From contig JAQFVV010000010.1 in the NCBI GenBank assembly GCA_028023455.1, forward strand, positions 17,360,001 through 17,424,000: 64,000 nucleotides of DNA, in the 5' to 3' direction. This stretch comes from Epiperipatus broadwayi (Eukaryota > Animalia > Onychophora). The notes under the pieces are model-generated. The model saw nothing but the letters and a program-made list of their open reading frames with translations, was not told the DNA's origin and did no database searches. Below are positions 27,373 through 39,209 of this stretch, one piece after another (the stretch's first letter is position 1; each line of letters opens with the position of its first letter). The position numbers and the translations under genes are program-made.

Positions 27373-28661
27373 TGTAATGGTCAGAAAACGTGTGACTCGT
27401 AAACATAGTGCAGAATTCGACCACCATACAGAACAGCAGCACCATCGAGTAGCGAAGCCACCCATGGTACTGAGTTCAAACATAGTTTATCGATTCCACA
27501 ATACAATCCACAAAACAACGCATCTGATGCGACATTAGTAAATATTTCCTTAGGCATGGTGGTCAGGGAGATGCAAGAGATTCATGATTTTATTCTCGAG
27601 TTAGCCAATAATCAAACTAATATTAATTAAACATTCATATATACATAATCGAGGAAATATTATATAGAATGGGTATCGAATAAATGAAACGTAACTGCAG
27701 ACATATAGTTTAAAATTATTTATTAATACATTTTAATAAAATCATTTACTAATAAGATTTTAGGGATTCAAAGCTTCAGTAGCGGAATTTGCGACATGAT
27801 TATATTTTACAGAATACATTTATTTATTTAGACATTATTTTATATTGAGGATTTCAGTAGCGGTATTTCCGATACTGAAATGTTTACAAAAGGAATTCAC
27901 TTATTTGTTTGCATAATCTAGCTACCTAAAAATTCTCGAGTAAGTATTTCTAATGCATGCCTTGGGGAATTTATACCTTTGCAATGCAAGAGTCTAAAGT
28001 AAGATTTAAGAGTAGCGGCGGACATATATTTATTTAATTAAAATATTTATTTTATGACTAAGGGCAAACATTTATTTGAGAGTGAATTACGAAGATAATG
28101 CAGAGGCGGAGTGATATATAGAATAATAGAATTGAGCAAAGGAACACGTGGTACGCTTTAGAAAGGCGATATGGAATGGCAGTATATCGAAACTGCAATG
28201 CTGCGAATGGGTTTATAAGAATGTCAGGTTGGTCTCGGCCTTGACCCGATGAAGTAAGGTGTCATATAAGCATAACCAGGGACAAGCGGTCCGTGTCGCA
28301 GTTTTGCCGGCTGGCTGCATGACGTTGTCAAGTCCTACGGGAGCACCCATTATGCCCGCTTGTGTAGGACGACTGGGGTTAATTTCAACCCTGAAGAATC
28401 CGGAAATTTCACGGCGGAATGGGTCATCGCGTCTCTAAAACGTAACACATGTATACTTATAAACGATTATGATAAGATTTAAGTAGATTTCTGGCTCGGC
28501 CCCACATTATCAACATTTACTGAAGAACGCTGGCGACTCTCAAAGAAATGTAATTTTCTGAAATTATTCATGATGATTTAATAAATACAAAACATATATA
28601 AATTGGGAATTATTATAACTAATACGTCAGCCATTTGCGAACTAGTAGACCCTGCATTACA
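27373..28661. mobile_element. Probable solo LTR (1289 bp)
   Basis: Termini TGTAATG…CATTACA (7-bp inverted repeat). Flanks atat/ataa give a possible 4-bp TSD with 3/4 match. CpG-retaining interior with a TATA-like tataag at about 28265; no pol motifs. Confidence 0.5.
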
Positions 28662-28674
28662 ATAAATGAAGCAT

Positions 28675-28750
28675 TGAATGCGTGTCGATTTATATGAAAG
28701 TTAAGTTATTAAAGAAAGTAAATATTAATGAAAATTTGACACGCATTCAT
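28675..28750. repeat. Short inverted repeat / hairpin
   Basis: tgaatgcgtgtc … gacacgcattca, 12 bp perfect, with a ~50-nt AT-rich spacer. Confidence 0.7.
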
Positions 28751-29989
28751 TGTTTTAAGCGATCATAGATTTAAACTTTGAAATTTGAGACGATTATGAG
28801 CATGCAATAAGTAAATAATAACTATAGATAGAATGTAGATTTGAGAAATACGCACCCAAGAAAGACAGAGTGAGGTAAGCTAGATTATTAGAGAAATTAA
28901 CATATTAAATTAATTATTCAGTTTTAGTTATACATATGGTAGTTTTAAATTTTATAATTTAGATAAGAAGTATGAAGAAGAGCTATAGCATGTTATTAGA
29001 GTACTCTATAGTTTGAACACAGACAGGTACCTGTTTTATAAGAAGTTTTCTGATTCCATTAATTTAGCAGCAAAAAGTTCACGAGTGGCAAGTCTTTCTT
29101 GTATTTAGATATTCATTTAATTTTATGGCAGCAGCAGCTTTCTCATTCATTTCAGGCAGCAGATCTTCATGGTGAATTTATGACGGGCAATGAAAGTTCA
29201 GCATCCGATAGGCCATCTCCCGATGGAGAATAATCTAGGTGCTTTACTCGGTCATACCTTGGCAGGAACAAATTATTTTATTGTTTTGGAGACTCTCAGT
29301 GATCGAGAGCAAAGCTAAAGTTTAAGTGAATGTCTCCAGCAAGTCTAAGATGGCCTCTTTTTTTATCTTGATCTCTCACGTTTTTGTTAAGGTATTTTTA
29401 GGTTCTATTTAATCTGCCCTGAGGATAATCAACGCATTTTGTTGGTTTTTAATTAAAGAAAGCTGCCATTCTATTGTTTACATTTTACGTTTACTAATTA
29501 CATTTTGGGGAATTTTTCTTTAATTAATCTATTATCTATCACTGACCGATGCTTTTAAATTTCAAAAACAAAAAGGGAACATAAGATTATTTTAACTTTT
29601 AATTAAATATTACATCAGATATTTTTAGAATTATTATTAAATGAAATTTAAACAAAGCAATAAATACGAACTTTATAATCCAAAATAAATGATTAAAATT
29701 ATACAAAATTATATAACTAAAAGAAATCTAAATTATATTATTTTATCCCTATTTATTGCGTTTAATTTGAGATCGAAATGTGTGCGTGTTTATGCTGAAT
29801 TCTACACATATTTATACATTTCTAAGATTGCTACACACACAATTCAATACCAAAAAGTTTAAATTTGGGCGGGATAGATCGGTCAGTGAAAGACAACAGA
29901 AAAAGGTGAAACTTAAGATTCGAATACGAATCTTACTGTTTCAATATTAGGTATTCATATTTGGTATTTTACATGTTTCTGATGCGCTG

Positions 29990-30250
29990 TGACAAAATCC
30001 GAGCATCATCTTTTTTGCCTCAAAGATAGGTATTTTGGAAGCCACCACAGTTTTAATAAGTTGTTCAGCTCTGAAGAGTATATATGTATTTTTGGTCTGT
30101 CACTCATGATGTATTGATGCTATTTTCCACCACAGTATGTGAGTTTGCATGTGTTTTAGATCTGCTATGATAAGGTATGTTTGAGGAATTCTTGTTTCTT
30201 CAGGTTGTGTTTAGCTATTTTTAATGTTTAAAGGTATATCAACGTCTGCA
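29990..30250 (-). mobile_element. RTE-like LINE C-terminal relic
   Basis: Minus-strand …QTHILWWKIASIHHE*QTKNTYILFRAEQ… loosely aligns to QLRWAGHV.RM.D.R.PK..LF.EL. Confidence 0.35.
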
Positions 30251-32049
30251 TTATGCTGTTAGGATAGTTTTATCATCCACAAACCAACCAACAATAATTA
30301 ATATTTATTTTAAGTATGTAGATTTATGCATATGGCTATAAGTTGCAACTCACACATACTAAGTAATTAATGTGTTCATCCACAGTTTTTGCTTAGGAAA
30401 TGTAAGTCCTCCAATTCTAAAACATTTGGTGTAATAATTTTATGTGGACAAGAATTTCTTGAAATATGTGTGTAAATGACCTCTGATGAATGGCCCATGC
30501 ATCTAATTTAATTTTAATTTAGATTTACTTAAGTACTTACTAGCTATAATCCTAAATAATGGAAGTGTAACTAATTATAATTTTAAAAGTTATGCTGAGT
30601 ATGCCAGTCCTAGCACAGCTTTGGCTTAGCTTATTGTATTAAATAGGAACAGATTAGTTTATTATTCTGGTTGCCAAATCTTACCACAGTATTATAAAAC
30701 ATATCAGTAAAATAAAGTTATGTTTGCTAAGCTTATGCTACTATAATGAAAATAAAGAAATTTTAGAATCCTTAATATTTTAATGGGTTTATTTGGATAG
30801 ATTTAAATATTAAATTCGCCTCTGTTCACTCTTGTAATTTTTTTTAATTATTATTAAAATAAACAGTTGGAAAAGAGTCAATGAGGTATAATCAGTTATT
30901 TTAGTTGACTTAAATTTTGCAATTTAGTGTCAAACCAAATAAATATTGTTAGTCACAATATTTAAAGATAACAGGGCTATCTTGGAAATGTTTTTCTTAA
31001 TTTTGTAAATATTTATTATGTGATATTGTTAATAAATCAAATTTGCTATTATTTAAAAAGTTCAGTTTCTGTTTTTTTTTATATATATGCTATTGTCTTG
31101 AGTTCCAAAAGTCCACAATGGTCACAAAGTATACAGAGTATTTTATGCTGGTTTAAATTATATAAAGCCATGCTTATCATTGTGATTCCCAGAGTGAATC
31201 ACATTAACAGACAAACAATCACATATTCACAGATACTTAATATAATGTTTATTTTAAGATTGATTTTAAGTTATTCTTATCTTCTCAGACTGAAGATTAT
31301 ATATAATATAAGATGAAGACTATTAGTGATTCAGAAGATTACTTATTATGTTTCAAACTGCACATTATCTTGTATATTTTAAAATTGAAATCCATCCGCA
31401 TTTAATTTCATAAGAAGGTTGTCTGTGAGTAGGTGGAAAAGTATTAAAAGTGCCCGAGTCCTTGTCTCAGCTCGAGTGATATCCTGGGTAATAGGCCATA
31501 ATTAGTGTAAATTTAGATTAATTAATCAAATCTTTAAATTAATATATATATATTTTATGCTATGATTTAATGAAAGATAGTTATCTTATCTTGGGAAGGC
31601 AGGCATTACAAGTCTTGTATCCTATGGTTGGCCAAGATATCACTCACTCGTTTATTCATCCAAGCAATCATTTATTAGGCAACTTTAAACTTTTATCTTT
31701 CACAAGAGTTTAGTTAAAACCCCTGAGATTGTTTACTCTTGTTGTCATTGTTAATATGATTTAGTGAAATAGTCCTTCAACAGTGTCATTTGTTTTATTC
31801 AGAGTATATGATCTGGGAGAAGACTGACTGTAATAACTATTAAATAGTGATATAAAACATACTTTATATTATTTATGTTAGATTATTGAACACATCACAA
31901 TAGTTGTTTGCATTGGTGTTAGATTTTGTCCCTATCTGATTGTATATCACTGTAACATCATTCATCTTTGATTTTATTGTAACCCCACTGAATTGAGTCA
32001 TTATGAGTCTCTAATATACTAGAATAGTAGAATACATATAGGATAGTTT

Positions 32050-32345
32050 ACTCATCTTTCATTCTCATCATCTCATTTCTCTCATCTTCTCATCTCATCT
32101 TCCATTCCCGTGTCAACTCATATGCATCATCTCATCCTCCATTTTCATCTCATTTCTCTCATCTTTTCATCTCATCTTCCATTCTCATCTTCATTTCTTA
32201 TATTCATCTTTCAGTTCATTTCTTACATTCTCATCTCTTTTCATGTCATCCCTCTCTTCATCATCACCATCATCCTTCATCTCTCGGTTCTCTCTTTTGT
32301 CATTTTATGTCATTCCCTTCATCATCCCTCCACCCCCACCCGATC
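32050..32345. repeat. Degenerate (TCATC/TCTC)n pyrimidine-rich satellite
   Basis: Repeated tctcatc/ttcatc motifs with almost no G on the + strand. This explains ORF 32110-32388. Confidence 0.85.
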
Positions 32346-33370
32346 ATTTTATAATAGGTTACAATGCTTAAAAATAAGTAAAAATTAGTAAAACACTTTA
32401 TTAAAAATATTTTTTAAACATATTTCTTTTTAATGTCAAATTATTTTTTCCAAAAGTACTCATCTAAGTTTTTATGAATTAAAGTCCTTAGTATTTAAAG
32501 TTAACCTTTTTTTCAATTCATGATTATCAATCTTTATTTTCTTCTGAGAACATTTATTGAACATTGTTTTAGTCTTTTTAATATTTATCTTTGGTTCTAT
32601 TTTTTTTATATGTAGTAAATAATTAATATGTGATTCAAAGAGTAGTATTTTTCTTCTGTCTTTTTTATTGGAAAAACTTTTACAAATTTTAAAGTTTTTG
32701 CTTTTAAATTTCTTTTTATTAAAGTATTTAAAGACAATTAAAGCAAAATATAGTTCTGGAAAGTTAGTTTGTTTTTGACAAAATTTTCAATAATTTCTTT
32801 TGTCAAAAAGATTTAAAAAAAAATTTATTTTTTTTTTAATTTTTTTTTTTAGGCAAAATATATTGAAAAATGTAAATTTTTTTCAAACTTTTTTTTAGAA
32901 ATTGAGCAAAATAATGAAACTGATCTTTAAATATATTTTTATCTATTTTAAGTTATTGATACAAGATTTTTTTTTTTTTTTTTTAAGTATTGTAAGTGTA
33001 TGTACATACAATACTTGGTATATATGTGTGAGTGCTCAAATATTTTATTATAAAAAAAAAAATTTATGACATATTTGATAAAATTAATGGATTTATTTTT
33101 GGTAATTTAGATAATGAAAACATATATCAATCAGCTGATAGAATAAAAAGCATTAATGTGTTTCTTACTGTTTTATAAAACATGAATATTTTTATGCAAA
33201 TAAGATTAAAGTTATTCATGATTTGCTATTGTTAGTAGAGGATTCTATGTATTTTGTGTGTAATGATGATGTTTTATAAAGTTAAAGAAGGTTGTGTTAT
33301 TCATTGTTATTTCTTCTTTAATGTGCTCTAACTGTACTGACTTTTTAGAGATTAGTGTTATTAATAATTT

Positions 33371-33448
33371 TTCTCTTTCTTTAAGAATATTTGTTAGTTA
33401 TGTTGTTTGTTCTCTTTCTTTAAGAATATTTGTTAGTTATGTTGTTTG
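33371..33448. repeat. 39-bp perfect tandem duplication within the Penelope RT
   Basis: ttctctttctttaagaatatttgttagttatgttgtttg occurs twice in tandem. Confidence 0.95.
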
Positions 33449-34374
33449 TTTAGTTTTAGAGGAAAATAAATTAAAGGACTTTTTTTTGATAGATTGAATG
33501 CTTTTGATTCTAATATTTAATTTACTGTTGATGGGGATATTTTTGAATTTGTTAAATTAAAATTTTTAGATTTTTGTGTTGATAAAGTTGATCATGTTTT
33601 ATATTGTAGTTATTTTATTAAAGCAAAAAATTTAAGAAATATAATAAGGCTAGAAAGTTATCAACCTTTTATTCATAAGAAATTTCCATTATTGAATTTT
33701 TGACATGGGAATAGAAGGCTTAATAATTCTGAAAATTTAGAAGAGTCAATTTGCTTTTAACTATATTAACTTAGGTTATAATCATAAATTTATTAAGAAT
33801 ATTATATTTATTAAAAATATCTTTAAAAAATTAATAATACAGATTTAATTGTCAGTGAGAATAAAGATTTTATTTCTTTACCATAAAAGTCCTCAATTTG
33901 TAAATTGATTTATAAGAATAGCTTTTTATTGGGTAGTATGAAAGTGATCTGGAAGAAAGACATGAGTTTAAATTCATTATTAAATAGTTCAAGGTAGTCA
34001 GTTGATAGAAAATCTATTTCTAGGATTGTTTGTAAGATTCTTTGCAGTTGTCATAAAATTTGTATAGGTCAAAGTAAATTAAATCTTAATGAAAGAGTTA
34101 AAGTTTATAAGAATAGAGTTAAGAATAGATGTTATAATTCAGCTTTGTATATTTATGAAGTGAATATAGGTCATAAAATATCATTTGACAATGTAAAGAT
34201 TATCTTTTATGAAAAAAATGAATTGAAGAATAAAAGAAACTTTGATGATAAAACTTTTTGAATCTCAGACCATTAATTCCATTGAAGACATCTTTGATGT
34301 TAAATGAGGTTGGTTTTTGAAGAGAATGGTGGGAAGATTATTTTGTTTTGTATATATATGTTATAGGTTTTTAA

Positions 34375-34413
34375 CTTAAGAAAGTCTATTTGTTAATAGA
34401 TGAATCCATAGTA
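34375..34413 (+). ncRNA. Degenerate hammerhead relic at the Penelope 3' end
   Basis: cttaaga-aa-gtctat-ttgtta-atagat-gaat-c-cata-g-ta: 6-bp stem II and a terminal GUA are present, but the core has G5>U and A15.1>U. Confidence 0.4.
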
Positions 34414-34474
34414 AAATTTTATTTTTTGGCTAGTATTGTAATGTTATATGAATTTGTATCTTATTTATAATTAC

Positions 34475-37400
34475 TTTTCAATATAATTTATTGACATATT
34501 TACAGTAAGGGTTCCGGAAGGGATTAGTTACAACAGTTAAATAAGAATATGTTACAAAAAGGCATTCTAAAATTCTTTAACTAATACATTGTTTACAGCG
34601 AGAATTCAGAATGAAGGTTCACAAAGGATTTGTTTTCATTATTAGTAGTATGGTAAAAAGATTATATTGCTTCAGTGAATTTAATGGTTGAGCTTATTAG
34701 AATGTCTTAGTTTAAATCAGATTTTGCCCATTTAAGATTGAATTCTATGTTTGCATAGCTGTCAATGAATTGGAAGTATCTTCAGGAATGCAGATTGTAA
34801 GTTTTCAATCATTTCTTCTTGAAATACCAGCCTACAGTGCACAGACAAAATACAGTGGTTGATTATTGTTGCAAGACAGATTTGAAAAAACAAACCTCTG
34901 CCTATCATGTTTTTAAGATTTGTCTGATTTGTATTTCTATTGATTTTTTGTTGAACATACATCCTAAGATTGTTTAAGACTACGCATTCTGATAGGAAGT
35001 GTTCAGCAGTCTCATCATGACAATGACAAAGAATGCACATTGGATCAATATTCAGCCCGCTTTTGTAATACAGAAAGGCATTAGTAGGCAAGGCACACAG
35101 GCTGGTAATTTCCAGAATTTTGTCATCCTGATTAGTCTTTGATTACTAATTGAAAGACAACTGGAAATCCTTTGCTTTTGAAGATCAATAAGATCATACA
35201 GCTCCCAATATGACAGTTTTGTTTTATTTAGATTTGCAGATGTTTTGAGGTTATTGATGATGTATGTAATCTGTTGCTGAAATCATATCAGGCATCTTTT
35301 AGGAGGCAGTCGGTCTGTGGGCAAAATTTCTTTTGGTAAAGGGCATTGAACCCTTTCATTCTTATTAAAGATGTTATAAAGAACATTGTGTGTCCACTGC
35401 AAGCTGAAAATAAAGAGTGAATGCATTGAAAGACCATTTAGCCTTCTGGGTTTTTGCAAAATCCTAATAGCTGGTGTTCAGCCGATCCAGCATAATTTCC
35501 TACATACAGTCTCTACTTTAGTAATAAATTTTTTCATAGGAATGAATCCTGAAAGATAGTATATCACTTTAGGAAAAACCAAAGCATTTAAAAATGCTAC
35601 CTTTCCAAAAATGGAAAGGCAAACTTTTCATAAAGAATCAACTTTATTGTTAATTTTTTAGCAATGAATTTTCTATTTCTCGGCGCATCATTGTAGATGA
35701 TCTTGAGAAATGAAATCCAATAAATTTTTGAGGTGTGGCTTCAAACCTCCATGAGATATTTTGACCTGTGAGAATTCACCACATCACTGATTTCTGATGT
35801 TTCACCAGAAGACCAAATTTGTGAGCATGATGGTCCAAAAGTTACTCAATTCACTATAAGATGGTAGGAACACCACAACACCATCCATATAGGAGATGTG
35901 TGAGATCCTTTCATTAAGCAGAGGAATCGCTATACCTGAATAAGTGGCTTCTATACCCATCAATAGCGGTTTGATGTAGGCAGTGAACAGAATCTCACTC
36001 AATGGGGAGCCCTGTGGGATAGAAATGAATGGCTTGAATCCCAGAGCAACACGGCCATCTAATGATAGATGTACCTCCCGATCGTTCAGCAGATTTTCAA
36101 TTATTTGAAGATACACAGCTGTATTGCCATTTCTTCAAGGACTCTGAGCAGGACTTCAACTCATACAGAATCAAAGGCCCCAGCAATGTCAAGCTGAACT
36201 GTGACAGGCCGGGATTGCCCTGTTCTCCACACATGGTCAACCAGAAGACGAAAACAGGACAGCATCAGAAGTTGAGTCACCCTTCCAGGCAAATTGATAA
36301 CAAGATAGTTGTCTAATTATATTATTCTGAATTTTGTCCTTTATGATGCTCTCAATGGTCTTTATCATTAATGGGGCCATAGAAATAGGACGAAGGTTGT
36401 TGATTTCTGGAGGTGCATCTCGTTTTTTAACAAAAGGAACCATGGAAATAGGATATAAATTTTCAATTTTGTGACTTCCCGAAGCTATGTAATTTATCAT
36501 GCTCATTATCACCAGACTGTGAAATGTTCCAGATGAAGCAACAGGAATCTAGGTATTCCATGTAGTCCAGGATGTACACTATCTGGAAATGACTGAAGTT
36601 TGCAGACAATATTCTTTCTGGTAATCTCATGTTGGGGTGAATTATTGGTCACAATGGTTCTTCTTACTATTGTAATACCTATGGGCTGTAATTTTCTTTT
36701 GTAATATTCCCTAAATTTTAATAAGCATCGGAATGCCAATGTATTGTTTGTCCTGTATCTTGATTGAAGAGGGTGACTTACTCTTACCATTGGACCCCAA
36801 TGCCCATCTAATATAGCCTCTAGTCCAGCAATGCTGATGTGTTAAGTAGTTACAAGCTCATTGACTGAAAGATATTCAGCCAAGGCTTTCTGGGTAGCTT
36901 TACACTGCATCTTTAGTCTAGTTATTTTTGGTATATTTTGTTCTACAGGTAGCTGTTTCAGTGTATCTGCTATTTTATCCAAGTCATGAAGCAACCTAAG
37001 CGGTCCTCTCCCTGATTGATTAAATTTACGTATGAGTTTGGATAACGTGAGCAGATTTCTCCCATCTTTCACATGGTGGCAAGGTGATAAGTTTGGTACT
37101 ATGAAATAGAATATATGTCTCAGATACTAGCTGGATTGTTGCAATTCCTTTGTTAGTACTCTCATAGTTATAGGCAGGTTGTCATATTCTTGAGTAATTT
37201 GTGGAATGCTGATTATTATCTCGAGTGCCATGTAGTCTGTAAAAGCCACAGGCCAGAGATGAGCTTGGATTTGAGATTCCAGTACAGGAGTGAAGTAGAG
37301 CAAGTCAATGAGTGGCTTGACTCGTGTGGTATAATAGAAAAATGATGTTTCTGAAAAATATCACTTTCCACTACTAAGCCCATTATGTAAGGATCTAATA

Positions 37401-38082
37401 AACTTTTTTTCAAATGAGTCATATGTTTGATTGAAATTCCCGAGCATCAGTGTGGGGAAAAGGATTGGTCCTTAACACTGCATTGACACTGTGTATAATC
37501 TTGTATATGATTTCATGTGACTTGGTCATGTAAATGTTAATGATATTTAATGTCCAACTATTGACCTGAGTGATTGCTATTAGACAGTTATTATCTATGT
37601 GTAGTATCTTAAGAAGGTAATTGGAGCCTTGTTGTTAAAGACTATTGCAACTCCATTAGATGCAGAAGAGGAAAATGAGTAGTGGAAATATCCAAACTTG
37701 TCAATTCTCTGGATGATATTTTGATCTGACTGAGTATGCAATTTTGTCTCATTAAGACAAAGGACATCAGGAGAATTATTTTTAAGCCAGAATGTTAATG
37801 CCTGAACTCGACCAATTGAGTTCAAGCCCCATATATTAATCGAATGTTATATTAAAGGCCATTATAAGTATCTAGTTCTGCTTCTCCGTCATAGGCCTCG
37901 AATTGAGATGCTTGTTGTTTAGTAGATGAAGTTGAGATCAGTTGTTTTATCTTCAACATTATTTCTATCATGTTTGGTAAAAGCAAGGCTTGTAGCTGAG
38001 CTTGATTGTGATATGGCATATTGTTTTTCCCAGTGGATGTTAAGGATAAGTCAGTCAATAGAAGATCTTCATCATCAACTTG
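34475..38082 (-). mobile_element. L1/Tx1-clade non-LTR retrotransposon, 5'-truncated (ORF1 C-terminus plus disrupted ORF2)
   Basis: Colinear domains on the minus strand: APE (PDVLCLNETK, SNGVAI; 37595-37825), RT (NLRPIS, IPQGSPLSEILF, SYMDG; 35802-36512), LSIFGKVAFLNALVFPKVIYYL (about 35560-35625) and a C-terminal CCHC (CILCHCHDETAEHFLSEC; 34762-35091). AATAAA near 34490. Many frameshifts. Confidence 0.92.
37852..38082 (-). pseudogene. Probable C-terminal part of LINE ORF1
   Basis: Open frame …QAQLQALLLPNMIEIMLKIKQLIS… ending about 20 nt before the APE start. Assigned by position; no diagnostic motif. Confidence 0.5.
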
Positions 38083-38368
38083 CTCACTTGTTATTTTCAT
38101 ATTTATAATTACTAGTGTAACATTAGACAGTATTAAATGATATAGAATTTATAGTGGTTTTTATTATTTACAGATTCACTATTCATATTAACTACAGTAA
38201 ACATTGAAGCCAATATACAACAGCTCACTTGTTATTTTCATATTTATAATTACTAGTGTAACATTAGACAGTATTAAATGATATAGAATTTATAGTGGTT
38301 TTTATTATTTACAGATTCACTATTCATATTAACTACAGTAAACATTGAAGCCAATATACAACAGCTCA
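38082..38368. repeat. Perfect 141-bp tandem duplication at the LINE 5' junction
   Basis: gctcacttgttattttc… at 38082 and 38223, identical over 141 bp; gctca occurs again at 38364. Confidence 0.95.
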
Positions 38369-39209
38369 TTGTATTCTTCATGCTAAAGAATAAATTTTGA
38401 ATCAGTACTTGCATTTTAAAAAAAAAATAAACAATAATTATAAACTTAAGTTTTTGTACTATATATATATTGTTCTTAAAAGAGATTAATAATTCTTTAG
38501 ATTTTTTTAATTTCCTAGAATATATTTTAATAAATTAAAATCAATTTTGTTTTTTTATTTTATTTTAGTCAGTTAATGACTGAGAATTTGGATTTTGTCA
38601 TTTGCCAGTTGTCATTTTGTTAGTGCCACTCTTTAAATATGACTACTTGGAATGATAATTGGCCTCATTCATATTTTGTAAAGGCAAATTTGTTTGTAAT
38701 ATCAATAAACTATCAAGCTTTGTAAATTTAATGGTTGCTACCTGCTTGCCATTGCTTGAAACATTTGTGTAATTTAATGCCATTTTTTTACATTTTACCT
38801 ACATTTGAAAAATTATCTGACCATTCATGGAAGTTTCCTAATGCAGTCTATGATCAAAAAAGCATCATATTTCATTAAATAATAATTTAGAATGAAGATG
38901 GAAAATAAACAAAATATGAGATTATGTATATTAGTACATTTTTCTGCATTGAAAATTTATGAAAAGTAAAATATACATACTATCTCTAGATGTTAATTTG
39001 CCCTCACTTTTTGCTTGGATTTATTTAAAAAATCATTGAAGAATTACAGCATTAAATATTTATCTTTAATATATATATAAAGTCATTTAAGATGGAAATT
39101 GTAAGTTTAGCAAACAAATCCCAACTACTTGTGTAATTGCCATTATCATTTTCCAGACATTTGCCATTATCATTTTCCAGCCAAATGTCCCTTTATATAT
39201 TGTACTTTA

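Larger units (their letters stand above)
33050..34420 (+). pseudogene. Penelope-like retroelement relic: RT plus GIY-YIG endonuclease
   Basis: RT-like segments MYFVCND.FYKVKEG, FVSYVVC (YVDD position), RLNAFDSNI.FTV and KFLDF. GIY-YIG-like IVCKILCSCHKICIGQSKLNLNERVKVYKNR…NSALYIYEVNIGHKISFDNVKII at about 34025-34205. Degenerate hammerhead at 34375-34413. Confidence 0.8.

Noticed and set aside
27415-27480. cgaccaccatac… resembling the 5S rRNA start
   Set aside because: Similarity ends after about 10 nt; no 5S internal promoter boxes or fold.
28392-28430. CUGAAGA…GGAAA hammerhead-like motif in the LTR core
   Set aside because: No stem II closing before GAAA and no NUH in register.
29419-29470. 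CUGAGGA followed by a hairpin and GAAA
   Set aside because: GAAA is about 10 nt away from the stem and no stem I or III can be formed.
29539-29890. 12-bp inverted repeat tcactgaccgat/atcggtcagtga
   Set aside because: No TSD and no further TIR similarity, so it cannot be called a MITE.
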